The notes under the pieces are model-generated. The model was not told the DNA's origin, did no database searches, and saw only the letters and a list, made by a program, of their open reading frames with translations. From Chrysemys picta bellii (lineage: Eukaryota), in assembly GCF_011386835.1 (NCBI RefSeq), contig NC_088809.1:17360001-17424000 (forward strand): DNA of 64,000 nt, read 5' to 3'. Shown piece by piece: positions 52,837 through 64,000 of this stretch. The position numbers and the translations under genes are program-made. Positions within the stretch are counted from its first letter, which is position 1, and the number at the start of each line of letters is the position of its first letter.

Positions 52837-53821
52837 TGTGAGTGCCAAGAAGCGAGGCAATGATCCCAAATTGGTAGACTATAATTAGACTTCACCAACT
52901 CAGTAACAAATGTGAACTTCTGAAGCACTATAGCAGTCTTACAGTGGAGTCACAGACAGTTCCAGTCTCTCTTACTACCCAGGCAAGCAGGATTTAGAGA
53001 TAATTGGTGGCAAGGCACCAAAGATCACAAAATATTCAGGTTGGTCCGAGTCCCAAGAGACTTACCCCATGTCAATTTGTACCTTAAATATCTCACCAAA
53101 GACAAGGTTTGTAGCCAATCCTGAAATTAACTAAAGATTTATTAACTAGGACAAAGAAATTAGAGAATTATTACAAGATTTAAAGCAGGCAAGCACATAT
53201 CCACAGATGAGTTAGAATCTATGGTTTTAAAAGGTGACACAGTTGTAGTAATCTGGCAGCTCTGAATGTCTTTCAGGGCTAACCCAAGTTGACCTTGGGG
53301 AATCTCTGCTTCTGTTTTGTAGCTCCAGCCCTGGGAGAGTCCAAACACCAGAAGAGAGATGAAACATTTTCTTGTCCACTGTTTTTATTTCCTTCTTCCA
53401 GAATTCAAGTTGATGGGATGAGCCCTTTTGCAGGTAGCCTCTTCCTGGGTGTGAAGGGATAATTAACAAAGTCTTTGTTTTGTGATGTCCCACAATGGCC
53501 CAGTTAGTTTTGATAGACCTTCTTGGTGGCTAGAAGATGATCACTCCTGACTGAATTCACAGTTTTATTTTTTACAGTCATATGCAAAAACTTAAATATT
53601 ATAGCATATGATAAAAATATTATAAGTGAGACTAAAGCATTCAGCAACTTACAAGCATTTCATAATGTCTACACACTAAACACATTGTTATATGTTCAAA
53701 AGCCACCTTAGCTATACTAACACACGGGTGAAACAGACTGGTTTCCAGCAATGTATTTGTCAGTGTTCAGCTGAGGCCTAAAGCCTTGGTAAGTTCTGGC
53801 ACCTGGTCTGCCACCGTCACA
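52837..53821 (-). mobile_element. Second LTR-like insertion (~985 bp) in DIRS RT
   Basis: TGTGA...TCACA termini; lies just after the HLDD motif and RT homology resumes at 53822; no clean TSD; orientation tentative. Confidence 0.7.
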
Positions 53822-53976
53822 TGTGGCACATCCCATCATCAGGTCGTTGCACATTTCCAATTCATGCTCTCTCTTTTTGACTCTCTAGGACTTATGCTGA
53901 ACAAAGACAAGTCAACACTGGTACTCACACAGAGTCTGGAATTTATCGGGGCCTTGCTCTTTTCTACAATAGCAAA

Positions 53977-54102
53977 GATGGGTGCTAAAACAATTTTTAC
54001 AGTGGGGGTGCTGATGGAAACTGGGGAAACCATGTATTTGGTGTTTGTTATTACTACTTCACGCCAGGAGGTGTGGTAGCACCCTTAGTTCCAGCACTAC
54101 TG
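53977..54102. mobile_element. hAT-like MITE inside DIRS RT
   Basis: GGTGCTAAAAC...GTTCCAGCACTACTG ends; degenerate 8 bp TSD ATAGCAAA / GTAGCGAA; removing it restores STIA-KAFLPQERF. Confidence 0.65.
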
Positions 54103-55536
54103 GTAGCGAAGGCCTTTCTTCCTCAAGAGAGGTTCTGAACTATTTATAATCTGTGTGTCCCCCTCAGGATTCACCTATCCACCCTGGCCCAAATGAGGCT
54201 CAGATTGCTGGGTCAGAGGGCGGCATCGGTTTATGTAACCTTGTATGCAAGACTGCATCTTTGCCCTCTACAAGCATGGTTAAGATTGGTTTACCAATCA
54301 AGCAGACACCATCTGGACAGCCTGGTCTAAGTTCCTCCTGCAGTCTTTAGAATGGTGGATGGTCTAGGGGGACAGTGTAAGTGCAGGTGTCCCATTTGTC
54401 CATTCCCTTCCAGCGAAGACCGTTGTAACCAACAATTCTACAATAGGCTGGGGTGTTCTGATTGAGAGTCAGAACTTTTTGTGTTCTATATTTGGCTGTA
54501 CCAGGACTTTAGCAAGACTCTCTGCCCTATTTCCCATTCTGTAAAATGATTGTTCTTGCCCACTGTCCAGCCTAGAGGTCTTCAGGGTTAACATCTGTAA
54601 AACACTGTTAGGTCATTTGGGAATGATAGGTATGTAAATGAGAATTCCCATTGAAATGCAATGACCCATAACTTCGAAAACAGGAAGCCACAAAATAGGG
54701 CTTTATTGTTGAACAGAACTGGTGAAAGGAAAGCCATAAATAGTTTCCTTAAGAGTATCATTAATCTTAATCAGCTACTGGAAAATAATTCAGAGTTATA
54801 GATTTTAAGTCCATTATGATCAACATCAAGTCTGACCTCCTGTATAGCACAGATCAGAGAATTTCATCCAATAATTTCTTTGAGAGGGAATTATTCTTCT
54901 CTACTCTATAAACGAACACTATTGAGCCCAATAACTTGTGGCTGAACGCATGCTTGCTTGCTTGCTTATTTATTTATTTATTATTACCATACACCTAGAA
55001 ACCCTAGTCATGGACCAGGACACCATTGTGCTAGGTGCTGTACAAAAACCCCAAAAGATAGTCCCTGGCCCAAAGAGTTTACATTCTAAGTATAAGAGAA
55101 AAGACAACAGGGGACGTCAGACAGACAGATTGGGTAGTAGAAAGAAACAATGACAACTTTATAAAATCCACTCTAGATGTGAAAGTTGAGAGGAGTGAGA
55201 AGCTGTCTGTACTCTGAGGGGAATATACAGCTCCATGACTGCAGTTTTGGGAATTGAAATCACTCTGCTTTTCAGAGGTGACTAGTGCCTGCGACTGCAG
55301 TTGAAGTCAGCGAAGAGCTGCAGGTACTAGGCACTGCTGCAAGTTAGGCTGATAACTGAACAGTGCTGCTTCCTAGCAGCTATTGTATTATATTAATTGT
55401 TTTAAATGACAGACAAGTGAGAAGAACAAAAAGTGGAAAGAGAGAGAGAGGATAATGCTAGACTGGGAGAAGGGGGTGGTAGGCAGAGTTTATAGAAGCT
55501 AAGTGCTGGAGTATTTGTTGTCAAGGGTAAGAAAGC

Positions 55537-55550
55537 ATTGCTATGGCAAC
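55537..55550. promoter_or_regulatory. Possible RFX X-box
   Basis: ATTGCTATGGCAAC versus palindromic consensus GTTGCCATGGCAAC, in non-repeat sequence near a CpG-retaining segment. Confidence 0.3.
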
Positions 55551-57743
55551 AGATTACTAATATTCTTATTTTAAAAGAGCGGCTGAGCTTTGAGAAGTGC
55601 TTCAGAGAACGGCTTCGCTGGAAAGGTCAGCTTGCTGTGTTGAAGTCCCTCTCTTTTAGGGCCTGATCAATAGCCCAGTGATGTCAAGATTGGGCCCCAA
55701 AAGTGCTTCCCTGATTGGGCTGGAGGAGGCAGAGGGTTTATCCACACTTATTTCATGAAGAATGTGCAAGAAATTCCACACAGGCAACTTAGTGAAACTT
55801 CTTGTGCCTTGTGAGGGAGTATCCCACATTGGGGCCATGGGGACTCTGTTGTTACCATTAGTATGGAGAAAATCAGTGCATCTGTAATTAAGTGGATAAT
55901 CCTGTGATTTCATGAATCTGTTTTAATGCCTATAACATAGCCATTAATGCAGACGACTGTACATACCGACCAGTATGTGAGAGTGAGCATACAGCCAGCA
56001 ATAACTACTGTCCCAGAAGAAAACCCAAATGTTTATTACATTTGTTTTCCCTTGGTCAGGGTCACAGTTTAGTCTGATAATAACTGTTGCTCCTTTAGCA
56101 GCTTTTCCTGACTTTCAGGAAACCTTTGATGAGATTCCAGGATAGGTCCCACTTGAGCCACAATGCAAACAACAGGGACTATCTAGAATTGTAACAAACA
56201 AAGCCCTTGTTAAAAACAGGAAGCAGACTCCTTGTGCACTGTTTATTCATGCAAATATATGCACATGAAACCACTTTCATTGCTGTGCATTTTTTCTCTC
56301 CTTTCCTTTCAAGCTACAAATAAGAGAGTCTTTCCATAATCTTCTGCCCTATGCTGATTCTGAGAGGGTGCACCCTGATTACCGCACTGTTACTGAAAGG
56401 CCACGATGCTTTTGCAGTGTTTCAGAGATAATTTGTTGAGTGTCATATGGGCCTGATCCTGCTCCAATTGAAGTCAAAGGCAATTTTGCCACCTTGTGGG
56501 ATCATCAGGCCCAATTTTTGGAAACTACTTCTTAAGTTCCAATTCGAGTGGTTCCCTTTTTTCTGTTCATTTGTTCTTGCATGCCCTTTCTAGGGCAATT
56601 CCAAGACATCATTACAGAGAACACAAGAAAATTGGCATGCCTGAGACTAATCCATTTATTTATTTACCTGAGAACAATCCAAGTATATTTTATTTTTGTT
56701 TGCTGTTTTGCTTCCTATTGGCACAGATGTTTGAAAAGCCATTATTAAAAGGAAACTCGTTCAGTATTTTGAATCCTAAATAGAGTGCAGTGTCTTCACT
56801 TGTTACTTTGCTGTTGAATTAGCTGGGTCAAGATACTTCACTATTAATACTTAAAAATACCTTAATCATTACGGTTCATTGACTCTGATATCTTCTATTA
56901 TTTTAAAGCAAAGCTCTCCCCCCAAACAACAACAAAAACAACCCACACATGGTTATTGTGCTAGTTCCCTTCAGCTTGTCCTATGGCCGGCTGCAAATGT
57001 TGTTGTCATTCTCAGAAAAAAAATGGAGTATTACAAAAATGCTAAATGTATTTGTGATGGAGGAGGTTGGCATATACAAAAAGTCCAAGCTGTATGTCTG
57101 TGTTGGTCATCTCTACAGGATAGGGTGTTCAGGAGAGAGACATGGCCTACTGTTCAGAACACAGGACTACTCGCATCTGATACCAAATCCTTCTGGGTGA
57201 CTTTGGGCAAGTTACTTATTGCCTGATTTTCAGAGGTGCTGAGCACTTTAATTGACTTCAGTGGGATTGCTCAGCACTTCTGATAATCAGGTCATTAACC
57301 TCGGAGCCTCAGTTTCCCCAGGAATTTACTCCTGAGCTGACAATGAAAGGCCATCAAGAAAGGAAAGGAAAGAAACAGCAAAATAAAAGAATCTGTCATA
57401 GTCATTCAATGAGAAACAACATTAAAGTACTAAAATAGAGATGTGTGTGAGCTACTTATTTGGGATCTGGAATCAAAGTTCAACAGATCTTTAGAAGCCA
57501 GACTGTGTAGCTGGTCCCATCTCTTCAATAAAAGATATAAGACAAACCTGCAACAGCAAGGAAATTTACAGCAATGGCTCAGAGATCCCGTATGTTTAGG
57601 GTCCAAATTCAGCCAGAGTGTAATCGGACACAACTCCCATTGATTTCAATGGGAGTTGCACCCGCTTAACCGAAGTTAAAAATGGGTCCCCAGATATAAC
57701 TGTGGACAGTAAAACAGTGTTGTAGCAGTGTCTTATTTCATCA

Positions 57744-57942
57744 AAAAGAACAGGAGTACTTGTGGCACCTTAGAGACTAACAAATGTATTAGAGCATAAG
57801 CTTTCGTGGACTACAGCATCCGAAGAAGTGGGCTGTAGTCCACGAAAGCTTATGCTCTAATACATTTGTTAGTCTCTAAGGTGCCACAAGTACTCCTGTT
57901 CTTTTTGCGGATACAGACTAACACGGCTGCTACTCTGAAACC
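57744..57942 (+). mobile_element. PLE-derived fold-back mini-element with hammerhead-like motif (57816-57855)
   Basis: Inverted arms, 3' tail ending GCTACTCTGAAA, exact 13 bp TSD TCTTATTTCATCA (57731-57743, 57943-57955). Confidence 0.92.
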
Positions 57943-58231
57943 TCTTATTTCATCATGATCTTGGGGCTTTAAGCCTGAATGCTAACTTTCCTTTCACTTG
58001 AACAGATTTGCCACTCAGCTCTTTTAGTCGCCCTAATGTTTTTTTGTTGTAGGAATTTCCTTAAGGAGAATTTTTTTTAAGTGTAATTTTTGGTTGATTA
58101 TTGCTTATATATGCAATTAGTGTAATTGCATCTGATTATGCCAATTAGAGTAATCATGAAATTAGAACATGCAACGATGAAGTATAATGCATTTGTGAAG
58201 TCTTTTGTAAAATTTCCTGAACCACATATAC

Positions 58232-58523
58232 CAGGGGTCGGCAACCTTTCAGAAGTGGTGTGCCGAGTCTTCATTTATTCACGCTAATTTAAGGTTTTGC
58301 GTGCCAGTCATACATTTTAACATTTTTAGAAGGTCTCTTTCTATAAGTCTATAATATAGAACTAAACTATTGTTGTATGTAAAGTAAATAAGGTTTTTAA
58401 AATGTTTAAGAAGCTTCATTTAAAATTAAATTAAAATGCAGAGCCCCCCGGACCAGTGGCCAGGACCCGGGCAGTGTGAGTGCCCTGAAAATCAGCTTGC
58501 GTACCACAGGTTGCCTATCCCTA
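58232..58523. mobile_element. Non-autonomous hAT element
   Basis: TIRs CAGGGGTCGGCAACCT / AGGTTGCCTATCCCTA; exact 8 bp TSD ACATATAC. Confidence 0.88.
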
Positions 58524-58664
58524 ACATATACCAAATAAAAGATGGTTATTTTCTCTTGTTTTGGCTGTGGTGTGTTTGAGTGTTAAGTTCAGCATCCTGG
58601 CTTGCTTCAAAAGAGATGTTTTTAATTTGTTATTAATTATTCTTAATATTCATATAGTTAATAT

Positions 58665-58950
58665 TACTTATTATTCTTACTTGTGATGCAGTAGCACCTA
58701 GTGCCCACAACTGAGATCTGCCCCCATTGTGCTAGATGTTATACAAGCACATAGTAAGAGACGGTCTCTGCCCCCAAAGAGCCTACAGTCTAATAGTCAA
58801 GGCAGAAAAAGGAGGTAGTAGTATTGCCATTTTACAAATGGACAGTTGTCACACAGAGAGATTAGGTGATTTTTCCCAAGATCTCACAGGGAGTCTGTGG
58901 CAGAGCCAGGAACTGAACCCAGATCTTCTGAGTTCCAGTGCAGGGCCATA
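58665..58950 (-). mobile_element. MIR/CORE-like SINE with L2-like tail
   Basis: GCAGTAGCACCTAG...CCATTTTACAAATGG...CCCAAGATCTCACAGGGAGTCTGTGGCAGAGCCAGGAACTGAACCC. Confidence 0.75.
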
Positions 58951-60079
58951 ACCACAGACCATCCTTCCGGTCTCCTCCATTCATTAGTTAATATTTACAG
59001 CATTCTGAAAAAGATGAAGATTCTTGCTCTTACAATCTAATATTCTGCCATGGCATGATAAGTGAGTATCATAAACAGTTAAAAAAAAGTGGGGGGAGGG
59101 ATTAAGGGAAGAAGACAGACCAGCGTTACAATAGCAAGATCATGTGACTGCTCAGGAAGGCAAGTTATCTGTTCAAATAACAAGAGAGTGTTCTATAAAA
59201 CAGAGTATTAAACAAACCCGCAGGGAGGAGGAGGCTGACATATACAGATGATCCAAACAATATGTTGTTATTGTGTATTTGTTATGTGATAATACCTAGG
59301 GACTCCAATCAGGGATCCAGGCCCCTCTGTGCTAGGTGCTATCCAAACATTGAGCAAAACCCAGAGAGATTACGGTATATGTCTGTCTTGGTCATCTCTG
59401 CAAGCGTTGCCAGCATTCTTTCTCTTTTGGCCATTCCTTGTTATGGCCTCTGGTCGTTTGTATTCATTCAGCTTTGGCTGCCCTGAGGCTGAGAGTTGTG
59501 GTGGGGTTCTTTTCGCAGATGCTCAGAAGCAAATTAACTTTTACAAAGACGGATTCCTTCATGCATCCTACTGTGGTATCTCTGGTGAAGGAGATGGTAG
59601 GCGACCTTTTGTTCAGGCACCGTGTTGCTTGGGAAGCAGCTAGACACGCGGAAACGAATAACAGCTTTGGAACTTAGAATTCTTTGCAGAAAAGACTGGT
59701 TAACTCTATGGCTGCTGTGCTTAGATTCTACAGTGATAAGAACCGTATGTGGCTAGATAGATGTTATGGGGCATGTTTCAGAATAGCATACCCTGGGTAT
59801 ATATTGGAAGGCCAGTAATGGCATCTCTTGTTGCTGCCCTATATTAGCAGGTGGTTTTTAGAAGCAAGGGGATACTGCCATGGTCCAGATAGCATTGGAG
59901 GCCATTATTTTCAAAAGTAGCTAGTGATTTTGATTGCTCAACTTGAGATCTCTTAATAGGGCCTGATTTCCAGAGAGTGAGTGCTTAATGCATCATGAAA
60001 ATCAGCCCCCAAACTCGGAGAGAGAGTTTCAAGATGGCTATCTAAATGCTTCCAGTGTAAATATTTGCACTTGTTATTG

Positions 60080-60335
60080 TTATTAATCATTATTTGTTTG
60101 ACAATGTAGATCAGGTCCCAAAGTGCTAGGCACTGTATAAATACTTACTAAGAGATAGTCTCTCCTCCAGAGACCTTACAACCTAAATAGAAAAGGCAAA
60201 CACTGGGGATCAGAGACACAAAAAGATACTAAGTGACTTACCCAAGGTCATTTGGGTAGTCTATAGCAGAGCTAGGAAATGAACCCAGATCTCCGGAGTT
60301 CCAAGTGTCCTAATCACAAATTTATCCATCCATCG
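60080..60335 (-). mobile_element. MIR/CORE-like SINE
   Basis: AAGTGACTTACCCAAGGTCA...GCAGAGCTAGGAAATGAACCCAGATCTCC. Confidence 0.7.
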
Positions 60336-63300
60336 TCTAAAGAAGAAAATTCTTGTTGACCAAGGGAATGAAGCAAATTTGGGATTTTTCATTTCAACCA
60401 GTGTTTGCAAGTACTTTATTGAGCAGCAAAACTTAATTAAATTCATCCTCCTCTGGCTTCCACATACAGTACACAGAGACCTTTCTCAGAAACACACTCT
60501 TTTAAAATGTATATTTCATACTGTGCTCTGTGCAGAGCATATCTGGAAAACATGTGCAACCATTTGAAAAATAAATTGCAAAGCTGCAAAAAACATAATC
60601 AACTTTAAAGTGATGGTCTATGTGCTGCAGGGGAATAGCTCCGTTTAAAGTGAAAAATAAAAAATAAGATATCAGTAAGTAAATTAATTCTGCTCATATA
60701 AGCTTATTTGTAGCTTTGGTTCATGTCTGCAGCGTAATCCTTTGATCTGAGACAGGTGTTTCACTTTGGTTGGGATCAGACAGATGACCATGTCTAAAGC
60801 ACCATGCCCACAGATGCAGGATATAGTTTATAGATAGCAACTATGTGGTTCCGCTTTGTTTCACTTGAGGGTGCTGGCTCTGGGTTGCTATTCAGAATCC
60901 TGCTTATAAGAGGCACTAATGTTATGCCGGACAAGTTTTCCAGACTTGGGGGTCTGTCCGCTGTAGATTGTGCTTCAGGGAAATACTCACTATTTGGTGC
61001 TGGGTCTTGTATAACTACAAAGTGTAAAATGAGAGTGGAGGGGTATTTTGTTTGCTTATCCTGAAATCAGTTGTTTTGATACTTCCTATTTGTGGATAAT
61101 TTAATTGAGAATATGAACCTTTCTATAAGGTTGTTGTTGAACCAGCCTCTTAAGAATTGTTAGACTTCTGGGGCAGAGATATGAATATCATATCAAAAAC
61201 CAAAACAAACAAACCCCAAACCCTACTTTAGAGGCAAACTCATTTTCCATTGAATTCTGCACAATTACAGAGTGATATCTACAGAATCTGATTGGTTACT
61301 GTGGTGTTCTGTGTATGTAAAGCCTCATCTGGCTTATTACTATTTGCATTACACTAGTGCCTAAAGGTGTAACCAAGATCAGATCAAGGTTGTGCTAGGA
61401 ACTGTATAAACACATAATAATAGCCAGTACCTGCCCCAAGTGCTTACAGTCTGGGGCTTCCAGTACTGTGCATAGTCCCATTGAAGTCAATAGGCTACTT
61501 ACAGTAGTGTTTGCATAACGTGTAAAGCGCTTTGGGATCTTTTGGCATGAAGCGCTGTATGAATGTAACGTTTTATTAATCATTATTGTATATAGAGTGG
61601 CAATATCTCTAAAAATGCCATGGAGCCCCAGCCCTGAGATTGTGAGCCAAGTTTAAGCAAAAGGGCTCGCACACTGAAATAGTGGGAAAGAAGGAAGAAA
61701 TCCTCATTTGCAATGTATGTGCCTTAATGCTGAGCCGTGTGCATAGGCAGCCCACCATTCACTCCTCCTGTTGGATGCAGGGAGGACTAGCACATGCAAA
61801 CCACCCGATATATGTGGTTTGAGCCATGTAGGTCCACACTATGCATGGGGCCCTCTGGCCATAGCTCTGTTCATGGGCAACACACCTACACTCCTTAGTC
61901 CTAAATTCCTGCAGAGACCTGCTGCAGAAGTGACTGTGTCAGTGTACAAGGTGGGATGTGGGGTTCCTGGCAGGGTTCTTTCCTAGATTGTCCCAATGAT
62001 TGGCTCTTGAACACCCAATGATCTCTGTATTGGCCCCTGTGTGGCAAACTTGTGGGGTTTTATTTTTTTGTAAAGAAGTCATTTAATACACTGGGAGGAT
62101 AAATTTAACCCCCCTTCTCTCCCCCCCCCCAAAAAAAAACACTCTTCATTTTATTTTTGGTTTTGTGTCATATATACCCTATACAATTCTTAGAAGTCAG
62201 TTTCTATGTACTACTTCTTTAAATCTCTAAGAAGCATGTTGCCAGCAGAAACTGACAGCCATTTTGTATTCAGTCCAGCACAGACTGCTACAGAGGAGAT
62301 GCGCACACTGCCCTCTTTCATGGAAATTTTCCATTTGTTCTTTCTTGTTTTGTTTTTTTCTTAGTCTAAAATAATAAGATGTGTCTGTTTTGTATACCAA
62401 GAGTATGTAGGGAGTTTCTTTCTGAAGGACTGAGATACTGAAGCACTTGGCCTGAGGGTATGAAAGAGTAACCACAGTGTAACACAGATATTACTATTTA
62501 ATATGTTTCATACAGCCAGCCGAAGTGCCTCAGGGTCTTTCCAGGTAGTGGGGGAAAGGTTAGACACCCCAGCTGCACGGGGGGGGATTTGTGCAATAGA
62601 CTGAGCTATCACTTCTGCCAGACAGTCCGTGTATTTTAACTGCCAGCCTCACAAATGCCCCCAAACCTACAATAAGCAGCATCAGAAAAAAGCTTTGGAG
62701 GTTTTACTGCTGTTCTGGGTTTGTTTCTTTTTAACTGATACTCTTTAGGGAGCAAGGTGAATTGTAAGTGACCAGGGGCTAATGCCTCTGAAGGAAATGG
62801 CTTGTGTTTTGGAACAACCTAATTTCTTTTTAACAAGAAAATCAAAGCCATGTTTAAATCGTCAAGCTAATCCTCAGTGGAGGATGAAATCGGTTGGAAT
62901 TCTGGAATGGTGATTAATTATGCTCTCAGATAACCTTTTTGTACATCAGATTAAATGATTTGGGGCTTCTTTTGTTCTGATCAGAAGTAAATGCCGAGGC
63001 TGGAGTGTACACAAACAGTGTGAGTAGATCAGTTTGCATGGTATGCACCTCTGTCCAGAGCTGCATCTGTTGCTGCTGCATCCTAACACTGAGCCTGTCA
63101 GAGACAACCTGGTAACAAATTGAGTGTGGGATGGATTTTTCTCTTCCTTGACTTAATGACTTCACTAATCCATGGGAATCCATCTCCTTCCCATGCTGGG
63201 ATAAAGGCCAGTTTCTACTCTGGGGGCCAAAACTCTCGACTCCAGTGCAATGCCCTAGCATACGAGCTTTGCACAGGAGTTCTTCACAGGCTTCCCATCT

Positions 63301-64000
63301 TCAGGCCACAGAGCACTAATAGAGCTGCTTCAGAGTTCCTAGCGCGGTCACAGGGCTGCAGTGTCCACAACCCTGTGCGCTCCATGAACAGGAATTAGCC
63401 AAGTCTATATGCAAACATGTATGTTTAGTGTGAAGGCAGCATTCCTCTCTGGAAAGATCATCCAGATCGTATACTTACAGTTGATGGAGCATTAATGGGT
63501 TCTTGGTGGGCATTTCTCTCTCGCTCCTTACTCTGTGAGCATCCCTATTCTCTGAAGGGGATTCATGCTTTGGGGTTAGATAGTTTAATATAGTTTTAAT
63601 GTAAGATTTTAAAACTGCCATTTGATTGCAGCTTCTAATGACTGTGACATTTTTATCACTTTGTTAAACTGCAGAGAGAGCAGGGAATGATTATGCCTGG
63701 GAGGGAGAACAGTGTTACTGCAAGGGGAAAATTGTTCAATTTTCCTTCTTTCCAGTCTGTGATAATTTAGTGTGCTAAGAAAGCATGAAAATTCTTACCT
63801 GTTGGCGTGTGATCAGATGTGATCTGGAGTTAAGATTGTAGGCCAAATTCTTCCCTTGTTTACACCCATAAAACCCTATTGAAGTCCATGAGGTTGAGTA
63901 GATGTAAATAAGAGCAAAATTAGACCCCATATCCTTACTTGCTCGTGCAGTTTTTCTCTTAAACCCTCTTCACAGCCTCTTTGCAGCAGGGTTCAGCTTC

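Larger units (their letters stand above)
48800..54470 (+). mobile_element. Degenerate DIRS-type retrotransposon (gag, RT, start of RNase H) with three nested insertions
   Basis: Cys-rich gag start (PLCGVSIPNSDPTLVCLLCL...CSIC...QAMRP); QQALLAKYDF..W..L; RT fragments KRLSHFVDAW, YSRYFLI.K.K.GLR.ILDL, LPFGLASDPHVFTKCM, HLDD, LGLMLNKDKSTL..TQ.LEFIG; RNase H-like VVTNNSTIGWG. Many frameshifts; no tyrosine recombinase seen. Confidence 0.85.

Noticed and set aside
49139-54350. Cluster of 60-140 aa ORFs as separate genes
   Set aside because: They are frameshifted pieces of DIRS gag/RT or chimeras across insertion junctions.

Overview
A 64 kb non-prokaryotic, repeat-dense stretch of vertebrate DNA. 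The repeat families suggest an amniote, most likely a turtle; this is inference from CR1 3' ends, MIR/CORE-like SINEs, DIRS, Penelope-like, hAT and PIF/Harbinger elements. I could not identify a host protein-coding gene, so the region looks intronic or intergenic. The only long real ORF is an uninterrupted CR1 LINE ORF2 (APE endonuclease + RT, 949 aa, minus strand), inserted into an older CR1. Other content: four Penelope-like fold-back insertions with 12-13 bp TSDs that carry minimal hammerhead-ribozyme-like motifs (one also keeps a GIY-YIG endonuclease fragment); a degenerate ~5.7 kb DIRS element interrupted by two solo LTRs and a MITE; several hAT elements with 8 bp TSDs, including one nested in another; Harbinger remnants; a ~1.4 kb minisatellite with a 3-mer higher-order period; and many SINEs and short palindromic elements. 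The best second-look candidate is the set of hairpin mini-elements that turn at the 5' edge of the ribozyme motif. Most short ORFs in the track are noise. SINE and old-repeat boundaries are approximate.
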